NCBI RefSeq assembly: GCF_036321535.1
Contig: NC_087437.1
Span: 44,828,001 to 44,892,000 of the forward strand
From: Camelus dromedarius
Lineage: Eukaryota
Reading direction: 5' to 3'
DNA length: 64,000 bases
Shown piece by piece: positions 42,826-55,660 of this stretch. The stretch's first letter is position 1. Each line of letters starts with the position of its first letter. Both the position numbers and the translations under genes were made by a program. The notes beneath the pieces were generated by a model. The model saw nothing but the letters and a program-made list of their open reading frames with translations. It did not search any database and was not told the origin of the DNA.

Positions 42826-44126
42826 CTGTTACTATAGTGTATAGTAGGAAAGAGACTGATAAGCTACATTGCCACATTTAACTTTTATGATAGGTGGTTT
42901 CATGTAGGATGGAAACATTAAGAGCTGAAATAAAAAAGAAACATTGTTGGCAAAGTAGAGGGATTTTTCTTTTTTCACAGAAAAACTTCTGAAGCCTTCC
43001 TTTTCAAAAAATAAGATTTTAACCTAAGTTTACCTAATTTGTCAGCACATTATACTTTATCTTCACTGGTAATTTCAATAAATATTCTTATTTTAAGAAA
43101 AGAAGAGATAATTTAAAGATGATTTGATATTGCCTTGTAGGATTCAGTCTAGAGGTTGGTGGATAAATTGTTGACATTGAAAGATAGGCAACACTAAGGG
43201 GTGAGAAATAGAGCCAGTCCTGGAAGAAACATCCACTTTTTCAAAAAGATATATCTGAATCATTGTCCTACATCCACTGCAGTAGACTGGATTCCTAAAG
43301 CATAATAAAACAGAAAACAATGGCTCTGACCCCACAAAACAAAGCAGCCCTTGAGAGTTTTGTGTTTATAAAAATAGGATACAAATAATCTGTTACGATT
43401 TAGATTAGGAATACTTTTTGAAATCAAGTTAATGAACTAACAGGTTCCTCTTGGCAAAGTCACTGAATCATTTTTATTGTCTTCTTCAAGATTTTCCATA
43501 TTTCGTACCAAATTAAGAAACGAACTCAAAAGGCAACCCTATGTATGCCTGTATTCCCTACCTTTTCCCAGAAATAATAAAAGAGTATAAAAATATATAT
43601 AATCCAAAAAAATGAAATTAAAAGTAGGAAAAAATGGACATGAAAAGTTAACCAAAGGGAAAGTATTAGGAATGTTAAATCAAAGCCAGATGTTAGATTG
43701 GTACATGAAATACATATGTTGTGGTTCCTGTCACGTAGAGTTGTTTTGTCAGTTGACTAGGGAAAAAAGAGTAGAGGAATATGAGTGGTTATTGGCAATT
43801 AATTATGGGCATTTAATTCTGTTTCTTATGTTTTACCTTTTAGTGATGAACTGTGAAAATGCTGAGTTATTTAAAGTCCATTGATTTAGGCATCTATTTC
43901 TGATAAAATTATGACTCTGTAAAGGGAAATAAAATTTTAAATTGAAATTTAAACAATATTAAGCACAAAACATGTTTATAACTATTGAATAAAGAAACTG
44001 AGGTAAATATATAAATGAAGGTTGTGAGGAACTGTATAATGCTTTTTCTTTTCACTTCTCGTATTTTTCAAATTTACTTTAGTGTGCATGTCTTATTTTT
44101 ATTTAAATTCAGAATTTTGTCATGCA

Positions 44127-44307
44127 TTTTTTCTTTTTTTATTGAAGTATAGTTAGTTTACAGTGTTGTGTAATTTCTGGTATATAGCATAATGTTTCAA
44201 TCACACACATATATACATATATTCCTTTTCATATTCTTTTTCATTATAGGTTACTGCTAGATACTGAATATAGTTCCCTGTGTTGTACAGCAGAAACTCA
44301 TTGTTTA
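44127..44307 (-). mobile_element. L1 3' end (lineage-specific, cetartiodactyl/camelid type)
   Basis: TTTTTTATTGAAGTATAGTTAGTTTACAGTGTTGTG..TTTTCATTATAGGTTAC..ATATAGTTCCCTGTG. Confidence 0.85.
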
Positions 44308-44705
44308 GGGTGTATATCTTTGTAATACAGTAACTCATAAAACTAAGCTTATTCCAACTAAAATGTGTATTAGATATAGCAATCTCTGATAATTCTATGA
44401 ATGACATGTGCTGTATTACATATAATGTCTATTTGTATTCTCAAACCAACAAATTAATATGTTTTATTAACTCCACTGATGAAGAATATTACATATATTA
44501 TCATTTTTCTCTGATCTTTATAAAGCTGAATCTTCTGCCTATGACAAACTTTTTTCCAAAATTTCAACTATTTTAGGAAGCTATAATGATATCAGTTATT
44601 TAATAATAACAAATAAATGCTGTAAAAAACATCACCATGAAGAAATGTGTTTTATACAGGGGTTTGTAGGAATTAAATAAAACTTGTTAGAAATAAATGT
44701 CCAGA

Positions 44706-44773
44706 CTGGGACATTGTGCTGTACATGAGAAACTGACACACTGTAACTGACTTATACTCCAATTAAAAAAAGA
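44706..44773 (+). mobile_element. 68-bp 5'-truncated L1 3' tail with 17-bp TSD
   Basis: TSD AGAAATAAATGTCCAGA (44689-44705) / AGAAATATATGTCTAGA (44774-44790), 15/17 identical, at a TT/AGAA site. Confidence 0.85.
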
Positions 44774-45426
44774 AGAAATATATGTCTAGAAGTTCTCTTG
44801 GTGAGTTAAAGAAATAAATTCAAATAAATATATTCAGGTAAATCTGCTATGAATAAATAATAAATCTCTCTAACTTGAGTTCATATTCTGTAAATTTTCA
44901 TTTATTCCAATAGATAATAGCAAACATGACCAGTCCAGTGTAAAGTTAAAAGTTAATCCATTTGCACCGTGATCTAACTCTTTATTTTTAAAAAATAAAT
45001 TTCTTTTTAATAGGGAAACTATTTGATTTCTAGCAATGAAAGCATGTTTAAGAAGTCAAAAAATAAATCATAAAATAAAATAAACCGGTACGTATGCAAG
45101 ACACATTCCTGAGAGCAGTAATGAATCCTTGCTGTGAACATATTGGCTGAACACTGGTAGAAGGATACAGTAGACAGGCTGGGTGTTTTGTTATTGTTGT
45201 TCTCTTGGAAAAATGAATTTTAGTAGGCATTCATAGTCAATTAGTTGTTCAGGAACTCCAGCACTATACATGCTGTCTCAGTGTGTCTGTTGTGTGCTCT
45301 AGTGGTTTTCTGGAGATAAGAAAGGAATTGACACTGGAGAGAGAAGGAAAAGAACTTTTAAGATGCTTCTGTGAGATGTCCATATTAAATACAAAAAAAG
45401 TGAAATCCTGACTAAAGGGGTTTTTG

Positions 45427-45428
<2 letters not shown>

Positions 45429-45458
<30 letters not shown>
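45429..45458. repeat. Poly(T)30 tract
   Basis: Direct read. Confidence 0.9.
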
Positions 45459-45464
<6 letters not shown>

Positions 45465-46679
45465 GAGTCATTTGTCCTCTGTCCGTAATTAAATTTCACC
45501 TGTTAGATTTTTAAGGATATAGAAATGGAAATTCAGGTAAATAAATTATCTAATCCAATGACAGGTCTTCCCCAGTAGTGTGGCAGTGAAGCTTTTGGGG
45601 ACTTTCAACAGTGTAATTGGTAAACATATAATTAGATTCAGAACTCTGCTGTTAATGAGCAGTTTCAACTTCACTGCTGTTAGACTTTCAGGGGTCCGCC
45701 ATGTTTATTTACACTGTCTAATTTGATGTGCTTGTGGGGAGATCCATATGGATGCCTGAAAAAAAACAATCCAATCTCTGGGATAATTGGGCATTTTTAC
45801 ACAGTACGCACTTGCAATTTTTTCTAGAGTAGTAATTTTTTTTCAATTATACATAAACCATGGTTTTCAACAAGATCCCTTCAGATTTTGCATAGGAACT
45901 TTTCTGTTTTCCCACTCTTTCTATCAAAATACTCTCAAATTGTAGACTTCATGCTGCAATTTTGTGGTTGAAGTTTACTTTCCAGCATCTGTTGTAGTGA
46001 TTTTCATAGTGATGTTTAAAAGAATATTTGTGGAAAAAATGCACTGCATTCTTAGTCTAGTGACATATGCCTAGCTTTTGTAGGCACAGTTATCACCCTC
46101 TTTAATCTGTGCAGGTGCAGTTAGTGCTGTTTGTTCTTTCAGCAGCAAAGTTACCATAATGAGCAGACATTCTTTTCAGCAACAGTACGGAAAAAGTGGA
46201 TAACATAATTTAAAAAAGAATGACTCCCTAGAATGGCATAATAACTTCCAAAAATAGATTTAAATGTACGGGAGATATTTGTAGAGTATCCTTTGAGAAA
46301 TGAATAACTATAGATGTCTCAAATTTATAATCATTAAACTGAATAATGTTTAGTACTCCATTCTCCATAGATATCGATACATTTTATTGGTAATAATTAG
46401 CCCAGTAGTCCTTACTGAAATTAAAATGGTAATTCAATATTCTACATTTAAAAAATAAAATAAAAATGAGGCTGATAACTGGCCATCCCATTGGATTTGC
46501 TAAATAGAAAATAAATGATGCTGTTCTTGCTGTTACCTGATCTTGCTCTTTGTAGGTGTGTCTCTAAAAGAAGGGTATGTTGGAACATTTTCTAGTTTAG
46601 CCATTACTTTTTATAGCAAGAGTGACAAATATTTAGATTAATCCCCAAATCCTCAGTCTGATCCCAGGGAACATATTTT

Positions 46680-47130
46680 GACATTTGTTTAATAGGTTTT
46701 ACTGAGCATCTAGTGCTATATAAAGTGCTTTGCTAGAAGCTATGAAGAAGTTTGTAACCTTGAAGGGAGCTGAGGCATACACACAAAAGTGTAATATGGT
46801 GAGGAATAAATCAATATTATGAAAGGAATGTAAATAAATGAGACTTCAGGGGAGGAAGTCTTCCCCCTCGTCCATCTCCCCCCTTTTGGGGATCATTTAG
46901 AAGTGCCTCTTTGCTAGGGCTTGAGAGAAAGGATTTAGGGAACAATTGAGGTAGTTGGCACCCCAGCTAGAGGGAAGAGTGTGAACAAAAGCCCTAAGAT
47001 GTTAATACACAGGATGTGTTTGTGGGCCACAGAAATGGGTTGTTTTCCTAGACTGTAAGGGACATAAAGGGGAAAAATAGAGGATAATATTGAAACAGAA
47101 TAGTGGTTAGGGCCAGATTATGGATGAGAG
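46680..47130 (-). mobile_element. L2 fragment
   Basis: CATTTGTTTAATAGGTTTTACTGAGCATCTA..GTGCTTTGCTAGAAGCT followed by a purine-rich body ending GGGCCAGATTATGGA. Confidence 0.5.
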
Positions 47131-48456
47131 GTATTCTTTTAAGGAGGTGGCCTACTGGTCCCTCACTGATGTATTCTGTCCTGTCCATGGTTGGATGTGT
47201 CAGTCAATCTTCAGCCAGCATCAGCCAGAAAAGCCTCCAAATTTAGATCTTATGAGGAGGCTCAAACTAGGTCTCTACCTCTGCCTGCCCTCTTGAGCTT
47301 GTGCAGCTGGAATTTATGCACAGCAGAATGCTAATGGATGTGATTCCTCCCATCTTGAAGGAAACTATAGAGGACCCTGTTTTCACACAACATGTATTTT
47401 ACAGGTAGGGCTTACCAGCCACTTTCTGTTGAACAACTAGTTACTCTGTGCTAGTGTTAAATTTGTACAACAAACTGCCTGCAAAGATGTATTGTTCCTT
47501 TGATTTTTCAGATGAAGAAATGAATTAGAGTTGTGGGGTAACTCTGGAATTGACAGAAAGATTTGACTCTAAAACTTACCTGGCCATCATTTTAATCTCA
47601 TAATCTTGTCAGCCCGTAACTGTCCTGAGGCCAAGTTCTCAACTGAATTTTAGAAAGAACTACAAGTATCTCTGATGAGTAAGATGAGGCAGAGAGAAAG
47701 GCACATATATAATCCAAGAAAAACTCCATGAAAGTAGAATACCAGAAGATTGATTTTGATAACTGGGTACCTAAAAAGAGGAATACGATTTTTACATCCT
47801 TTAGGAGTTAAATCAAGACAGATATCTGATCTTACATATTAAGAGTAGACAGATTCATTAAGAATTAAAATATGTGGGCTTTTGAATTATTTTGTGGCAT
47901 GTTCCAAGAGATGCGCTTATTTAAAATACAGACATACCCATTTATCCACATGAATATGTGAACCTCTAGCTTCATAATCTCCATGAGAATAGAATTTGGT
48001 CTCAAAGACCAAACAACACTTGATTTTTGTTAATTTAAATAGTACTTGAAATACATACTTACAGTCCTGCAGCAAGATAGAAATTACTTAGCACACAAAA
48101 ACTATCTGACAACAATTCAAAAATGTATAACAACACATGAAGTTCAAATTTTGAATGATTAAACTCTTAGGTTTTTGAATTCTGGAACCCAACACTGTTC
48201 TGTAGAGACCCATTCCATTAAATTTCTCCCAAAGTACAAGTTTTCTTTACAGTTTAAAATTTCATTTGTAAAATATTGTTCAATTATGTGATTAAATAGT
48301 AGGGTCATTTCAAGGAAGAAATATTGTGGCAAAATGTGCAGGCTTCAGCTGTGCGAATTTTTGCTAGAAGATGTGATTTGGATCTGTTAGTTACCAATTC
48401 AGGAAATTAGAAGGGCCACAAAAACAACTTTGATGACAATAAATGTTAATACAAAG

Positions 48457-48459
<3 letters not shown>

Positions 48460-48486
<27 letters not shown>
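48460..48486. repeat. (TG)13 microsatellite
   Basis: Direct read. Confidence 0.95.
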
Positions 48487-48488
<2 letters not shown>

Positions 48489-48921
48489 TTGTTCTGAATT
48501 GAGTCTTTGTGGGTTTTTTTCTATTACCCTATAGATGACAGGCAAAAAGGGAATAAAGGTAAAGAAGTTGTTTTCTCGAGTAGTTCTCTGTCTTGGGTGT
48601 GCTGACATACATGAAGCCATCTCATGACCTTTTGTCTTAATCTTTCTCCAGGAATACTAGGACATTAGTTAGCTCTATATTCAAGAATATGCCTGGAGTC
48701 TCCCACTGAGAGCCCATGAGGTGCTCCTGCCCCACTAGGGCTCTCTCCTCCTTACCTACTTGAGAAGATATAAATTCACTCCTAGTATAATCATCTGCCA
48801 AGAGGTTAACACCCCTAAACTTTGGTCTGTCACAGATCAGTTCAATTCAATTAGTATTTATTGAACACCTACTCTTTACCCTTTCTGGAACTAGTCAGAT
48901 TAAGTATAGGGTTATGATTGA

Positions 48922-48924
<3 letters not shown>

Positions 48925-48960
<36 letters not shown>
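48925..48960. repeat. (CA)18 microsatellite
   Basis: Direct read. Confidence 0.95.
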
Positions 48961-48964
<4 letters not shown>

Positions 48965-50121
48965 ATTCACCAAGTGCCACTGAGTGACAATTAGAACGAT
49001 TTTTTTTATGTTCTAGTGCGTATCATAGGATTTTTTCTCAGCATAGTCATTATTGTAATAGGCCCTTTTAAATAATTGATAAATGCCAAATCCTTTAATA
49101 CTTAGTTTCAAGACATTTTAAACAATGTTGTACTTGTCATGTCAGAGGACGAGAGATTCAAAGACTTGACAGGATGTCTAAGGGCATTTTCTATAGTCCA
49201 GATAGAATACCAGAAATAGCAAACTTTTATGATTTCCAAGTTATATTTTGGGATCTTGCTTTTAAAGACAAAGTCTGTCATCTCAATTTTTCCTACACAG
49301 AAAGATTTATTTTCCTTGTATTTGAATCACTTAGGCACTACAGTGCTCTTGTGAGAACACAGGTGATTGCATCTGTGAAGGCCTTGTTTCAATAGAAGTA
49401 TTACAGACTGGATTGGATTTATGCAAACACACATTAGTTGTATGTAAAATTAAGACTGGCTTTTTAAAATTGCTAACTGGTAAGTTTTCCCTCAACTTCA
49501 ACTGATGGGAATAAATTGAGAAGGATCAATACTGTTATCAGGCCAATAGGATTTTGAGTTTGGAGAAAGCTCGGAAAACTTCCATGGATGAGATTTAAGA
49601 TGATAAAATCTTCTCTGTTCAGAGGAAAAGGCTACCACAGAAAATTTAATTAAAAGACAGAGATGTTTCTTTAGGAAAAGAGTTACCCAAAGCTGTTGTA
49701 ACAAAGGTAACTGGCTATTCTGAAACTCAGAGAAGAATCAAGTAAGTATTCAAGATCTTGTTGCTCTTTACAGTGACTGTGAGACTTGCAATCTATATGA
49801 CATTTTAAAAGTCAGAACTTTTACTACCTACAGTTGCTTATCGGAGGCTATATGAAAGTAATAAAGGACTGTGAGAAACCGTAGGTTTTTAGAGCAACCT
49901 GAAAAAATCTCATCAACCTTCGTGTCTTCCTGGATGAAGAAATTATTACAAATGATATGAAATAAGCTCCAGTCTGTGTTTCATTGTTGTTTCCAAACTC
50001 CTTCTTATTTGTATTTTTGTACTTAATTCAGTTTTGGTTGATTGATACTGTTTTATTTTCTTATACGAAATGTGTATTCATCTTGAGAATGTATGTAAGA
50101 GCAATAGAGTGCTTATTGAGT

Positions 50122-50282
50122 CTTTTTTATTTAAAGATTTCTTATTTTATGTTATCTCGCAGGGGGGAGGTAGTTAGGATTTTTTATTTTATTTTATTTT
50201 TTTAATGGAGATACTTGGGATTGAACCCAGGACCTTGTGCATGCTAACCACATGCTCTACCACTGAGCTATATCCTCCTCCC
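50122..50282 (-). mobile_element. tRNA-Ala-derived SINE (vic-1-like)
   Basis: Minus strand GGGAGGAGGATATAGCTCAGTGGTAGAGCATGTGGTTAGCATGCACAAGGTCCTGGGTTCAATCCC, then A-rich-CCTAACTACCTCCCCCC-A-rich tail. Confidence 0.9.
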
Positions 50283-50432
50283 ACTAGTTACTTAGTCTTA
50301 AATTATGGTGTTGGCTGTATCAGTTGTTTTGCTTGGTGTCAATGGAAAGGCAAAAGGGAACATGAAAGAGGAGCCATCGTGAGGGATTTAAGGTGCTCCA
50401 GACTAAGCAGTATTGTCATGAAAGGTTACTGC

Positions 50433-50872
50433 TGTGGAAATGAGTGAAGCCCACCCACGTGAGAACAAGCAAAGGCTGTTTATTCAGAGCTTGCGATAGC
50501 AAGGGAACAGCCATCATTACTTGCCTTTGGCAGAGGCTCCCAGGCAGAAAGAGGGGAAGGAAAGTTCTGTAGTGGAAAAAAAGGGAATGCCCTAATCAGA
50601 AGCTGTAGACATGGGGAGGCTAGAGGAGGGCTAACTAAAAGCAGGATATCCTAAACAGGTTATCATAGAATATTTGTATTTTTCTGGTAGGTTCCTGTAT
50701 TGAAAATGGGGGCCCAAATTAGAGAAGCTGTTAGTATTAATTAAATTTGGCTGCTGGGGTATTGACTGCTATAGAACTTGTGGTTTGACATTCTGGCTGG
50801 TTGTTGCAGATTGTGGGTCAGGGTTCTGTTTTTCTCTGTGGTCTGGTCCTTGTCTGTATATTCCGTCTCTCA
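50433..50872 (-). mobile_element. Solo ERV LTR (probably ERV1 class)
   Basis: TG...CA termini, antisense AATAAA (TTTATT at ~50479), and near-4-bp TSD CTGC/CTAC. Confidence 0.6.
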
Positions 50873-52560
50873 CTACAGACATATGTTTCTGATCTCCCAT
50901 GTAATCAGCTGATGATTTCACATGTATGTCTACCAGAAATACCATGCATTCCATTGAAAAATTGTCATTGTAGACGTGGGAAAAACTGCAGCTGGCTAGT
51001 TGGCTGTGGTTCTGCTGTGTTAGAGCTATCAAGCAGAATGAAACAGCAGCAGACGCCAAGACCAGTGAAACTCTATGAAGAACAATTATAATATTAATGT
51101 CATGACTGTATTTGAAGAAAAATTTTAAAAATTATTTCTGAAGCTGAATTTTTCTTGAAAATAATGTCTCCAATTGCATTTCATATTTCCAGAAATGTAC
51201 TTAACATGATGGGATTATTATAATTGAATCAACCTCTACATTTAGGTATATGAACTACATAATAAATTTTTCTGTCTTTTTGTTTCAAATTGTGTGTTCT
51301 TCGATTTTATTACATGCTTCTATTTTTAAAAACTAGATGAATATCATACTCATTTATCCAAATTTCAATTTCCTGAAAAATGGGCTTTAACTGCCATGAG
51401 CACTAATGTAGTGAGCAAAATTTATTAGACCCTCCAAATCTCCAATATTTATTTACAGTTTCCTCTGCAGTTCTTTTCCTTGAGAAAATAAATTATGAAT
51501 ATGTCAAACATGCTAGTTCTAACATTTAACAAGATAATAAATGGATTTATAAAACTGCACTAAAGAAAAGAAATACAAAGCTAATCTTGTAATTCTGTTC
51601 TAATGGTAGTTTATAGAGGTCTGGAGTCAAAGTTTTGATGTTGTTTTTCTGCAGGTCACAAAGCACGAAAGACACTGTTACTCAAAAATGACCATCTGTC
51701 CATGTGTCTTTAAAAGAAATCCTCACTAAAAAATCTGAAAGACAGGGTGAATGTTAGGGTTTCCTTCAAAGTAGGTGATCTTAAGTGTTGATTTTATTCC
51801 TGTTACTAAACTACTCAATCAAAATATCTTTACAGAGGACCTACTATGTTGAAAGTTTACTAGGTTTTATGCAAGATAGGAAACTACCTAAAAACACAAT
51901 GACTACCCACAAAGATAGAGAATAACAAAGAGTACTTGAATAAAAGGAAAGGATAGCACTCTGTTAAATATATCAAATAAAGGTGGCCTTTGCATCTCAG
52001 TTATAGTTCATTGTAAGATACAGAATGGAATTTGTCTTCCAGTCCGTGCCAGATCCTGATAGAAGTTATCAAAATGTTTCTAATTTTAAACTCAAAACTT
52101 CTAAGAACTAAACTTTTTACAGTAGTCAGAGGACGAATCTAAGAAAAGAAAAGCAGCAACTTCTTTCTATTTCAAGTACTTAGAGAACTTTTCCTACCTG
52201 CTAAATATACATTGTAAATTAAACTGTCAGGAAAAAAAAATCTCTGGAAGAAAATATATGTATGAGTAGAAAGAGTAGACCCTTAAATTATGTATTTAAA
52301 TCTGAAAAGAAATGCACTGAAGAAAAGAAAAGAAAATAGAAGGGATGTGGGGTTTCTCATAACTGGAAGAGGATGAGATTTCACCAAAATGCTATGAAGT
52401 ATCCTATGTAATATGCTTACTATGTTTTATCTGCTGTATAAATTATGTTAATTAAATTTAGTCTGATGATTGACTGTCCTCTGAAAGCTTAGGAAAATGT
52501 TTCATTGGCGATCTAATCTCCGGTTAGAATAATACTCAATCAAAACGCACTAGCACTCAC

Positions 52561-52683
52561 AGCATTTCTCTTGTAAATAACCCCTGCATATAAAGTGTTC
52601 TTGAAATCCTGTTTTCTCCACTCATGAACAGATTTTTTCTTTAATGTAGAGAAAAATTTCTTTTGGAAGTGAATCATTGAAAC
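52561..52683 (-). other. Candidate 123-nt internal exon (host transcript unknown)
   Basis: Acceptor TTACTCTGCTTGTTCCCAG| and donor GCT|GTGAGT. Phase-0 open frame VSMIHFQKKFFSTLKKKSVHEWRKQDFKNTLYAGVIYKRNA is not recognised as any known protein. Confidence 0.2.
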
Positions 52684-53409
52684 CTGGGAACAAGCAGAGT
52701 AATTATAAAATATTTCAAGAGGTCCATCAAACTGTCGAGCGATTCCCCAGCGTGCTCTAAGTCTGAGGGCTTTGGCATTTTTTACTGGTCTAAGGACAAA
52801 CTGGACAGTCCTCAATATATGTGCCATAATGAATGTTTTCTTTAAGTATCTTCTTTTCCTTATTATTTGACCTAAGTTGCTAACTGAGAGCTAAATAAAT
52901 TAACTTGCATATGTTTTGCTCTTTCTTTTCTCATCTCTCTACTTGACGTGATGAATGCATTTTATATGATTTCTTAAAATGTGTCCATTAACACAGAGTA
53001 TTATGACATGAGTTGATTTAAATACTTAATAGACTCTTGAATTTCCTTTAGAAGTTCAGGCCCAGGCTTGAATAAGATTCTGATCCTGTTATCACTGAAA
53101 AATTAACACTAAAAATGTTTGGATTCTTGGCTTAAGAAAGAATATAATTTTGATGGCTAGTAGCTCTATGAGGAAAAAATGCCTTTATTCTATTCCTGTT
53201 GCAAATGCTTTTTTCCTAAATGTCTCTAAATTTACTTCTGGCCTTTTATAAAATACCATCATGTGCTAGTTTTAGCCTTTAATCATGTGGTTGATTTTAA
53301 GCAAATTTTTTGTCTCCAAGGGGCCCAGGAAGAACTCACGGAGTGCTCATTCTGGGTCATAAGGTCGTTCTGGGTCTTAAGGTGTGCTCCAAGAGCGTTA
53401 TACCTCAAC

Positions 53410-53645
53410 AAAGGATTTATTTTTTAATGCTTTCCATATGCTATGTGCTTACCATACACACACATTCTTTATTCTAGGATGTAAACTTACTAAGTCAGTG
53501 CTGTTATACTCATTTTATAGGTGAGGAAACCGAGACTTAGAGAATGTCAGTTATTTATAGAGCTAGTGAGTTACAGACCTGAGAAAGTGGGAATTTGCCC
53601 TCAGCATCTGTCTCCAAAGCTCATTTTCTTAACCAGTATGCTTTG
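53410..53645 (-). mobile_element. MIR SINE
   Basis: CTCATTTTATAGGTGAGGAAACCGAGACTTAGAGA..TCCAAAGCTCATTTTCTTAACCA. Confidence 0.75.
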
Positions 53646-53736
53646 TGGTCTCTTTCCCCTGGATGTGAGAATGGAAGTCAAGCTATATGGGATTCTTAAC
53701 CCAACAAGGATTTCCCAGAGGTCAGTTAGAGTGGAG

Positions 53737-53922
53737 CAGTGGTCTCGAGAGTCTTAAATTATGGTCTGAAAACCAGTAGCATTAGCATCACTAGGGAACA
53801 CCTTAGAAATGCAATTCACTGGACTCAACCTCACTCTGAATCTAAAGCTCTAGGTAAGGTCAGCAATTTGTGCTTTAATAAGACCTCTGGGGAATTCCAC
53901 TGGTATGGAGTTTAAGAATACT
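53737..53922. mobile_element. MER5A-like hAT-Charlie MITE
   Basis: CAGTGGTCTC..CCAGTAGCATTAGCATCACTAGGGAA..TTAGAAATGCAATTC..TCTGAATCTAAAGCTCT..AGTTTAAGAATACTG. Confidence 0.75.
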
Positions 53923-53939
53923 GCCTCGAGCCAAATTGT

Positions 53940-54130
53940 ACTTGAATTATAATTCTAACATATGGATCTCAGCTGTGTGACTCAGACTCTTTTACCTCTC
54001 TGCACTTCCCTCTCTCTACAAAATGGGGACAGAATCATATTTGCCTCTTAGAGTTGAAAGGATTAAGATAATTAATATATGTAAAATTCTTAGCATAGTC
54101 CTTGCAATAAACTCCATAAATCTTGCTAAT
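53940..54130 (+). mobile_element. MIR SINE
   Basis: AGCTGTGTGACT..ACCTCTCTGCAC..AAAATGGGGA..GGATTAAGATAATTAATATATGTAAA. Confidence 0.7.
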
Positions 54131-55419
54131 ATTGCTTGAAAGGGAGCTGTATGCTGTGAGGAAGGTTTTCCTCTGCCCTCTGTCACTGGGTGCAAACATT
54201 TGAAAGGCCGTGGAAGATATAATCTCTAAAGTTCATTCCTCCTCTATGAATTCCAGTAACAGCAATTTCCAAACCATACTTATAACAGTGCTTCTGAAAA
54301 AACCTCTTTTCCTAGAGCCATTTAACTTATATTTACAACATATAAATAAGCTTAAAATATCTTTTTTCACAGATAGTCTTTTGCCAATACAATAAAAAAT
54401 ATGAACTGTGAAACATTTTTTTATTCCTTTTCCTTCACTTGATCCTGCCTCTGTTCTTCATCTAAATCCCAGATGTGTCCTAACTATTCTCAGACTCTGA
54501 GTACTAAATCTTCCCTCATACAGCCATTTTCTGTGCACTGATCTATGCTTTCGTTTCCCCGAATCTTTCAAATTGAGATATTTTGATGACTTTGAAGATT
54601 ACTAAGCATACTCACATTTCACCATTTTACTTGAACAGATTTGTGTGCTATTACTCTCCTAGATACCCAGATATCAAAGCTGGGTGAGCCCTAGAATCTT
54701 TTCCTTAAATCTGGGCTCCATATGTAACTAATAATTTCATTCAACTATGATGAAATATGCGAAAGTATTATGGGAGCAAAGAAGGAAGGAACAGCCCTAC
54801 CTCAGAGCGTTAGTGCTAAAACTGTCTTCCAGATGAGGAATATTTGCCCCCATATGTAAAAGATGAATCAGAGCCTGGTGTGGAAAGACATTCTAGACGG
54901 AAGAAACAAAATTTTCAGAGGCATGTGCTCATGGACCTCACTAATCTTGAGACCTGTGTCTTGTGTAGCTGGAGAGAAGGAGCAGTGGGAGAAAGGCTGG
55001 AAAGGAGGAGAGAGATGGGAATTATGAAAGGATGTCACATCAACCTGCCAGGCCTGCAGGGTTGATTTTATCCTAATTTTGCAAAAGAGGAAATGGGGCC
55101 CACTGAGTATAAGTGACATAGAAGATAGAGAGTGGAGCCCAAAGCCGAGACCAGTTCTTCTCCGATCTCCCATCATGCACTCTTTCTCCTGCATTATGTA
55201 TCTAGTTAGAATTTCTTTAATCAAAGTGGTAAGTTCCTAATTTAAATATGAGGTGTATATAATGTGGTGCAATATATATCAAAGGGATTTTTTTTTCTGA
55301 CAGAGTTCCTTTTACAGGTGACCCAAGATTCCATTTGCTTAGTAAGAAATGAATGTATTTAGGTGCTTTTCCCATCCTAAGGTAACTAGAAATGAGGAGA
55401 AAGGGAAGAAAAGAGAGAA

Positions 55420-55660
55420 ACTAATATTGATTGTCTACTGTGAGACAGGGACTGTGCCAGATATTTTATATGTTATAATATATTATTTGAGGGCTCACAA
55501 TAGTGCTTTCAGTGAGATACTATCACCCACTTTATGCAAATGAGGACTTCGAGACTGAGATGTATGAAGGTTGCCCAAATAATTTGTCCAAGGTCGTGCA
55601 GCCAGTTGAGTGACAAGCTAAGGTTAGAATTGAGTCTGCTTGACCCAGGCCCACATCGTC
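55420..55660 (-). mobile_element. MIR SINE
   Basis: ACTGTGCCAG..CTCACAATAG..ATCACCCACTTTATGCAAATGAGGACTTCGAGACT..CCAAGGTCGTGCAGCCAG. Confidence 0.7.

Noticed and set aside
46556..46574. 19-nt microexon-like segment (TGTAG| ... AGG|GTATGT)
   Set aside because: Not a multiple of three and no host gene evident; it cannot be distinguished from chance.
51655..51746. Strong acceptor TTTTTCTGCAG|GTC
   Set aside because: The phase-0 frame closes, the donor is weak and there is no supporting homology; likely a pseudo-exon.
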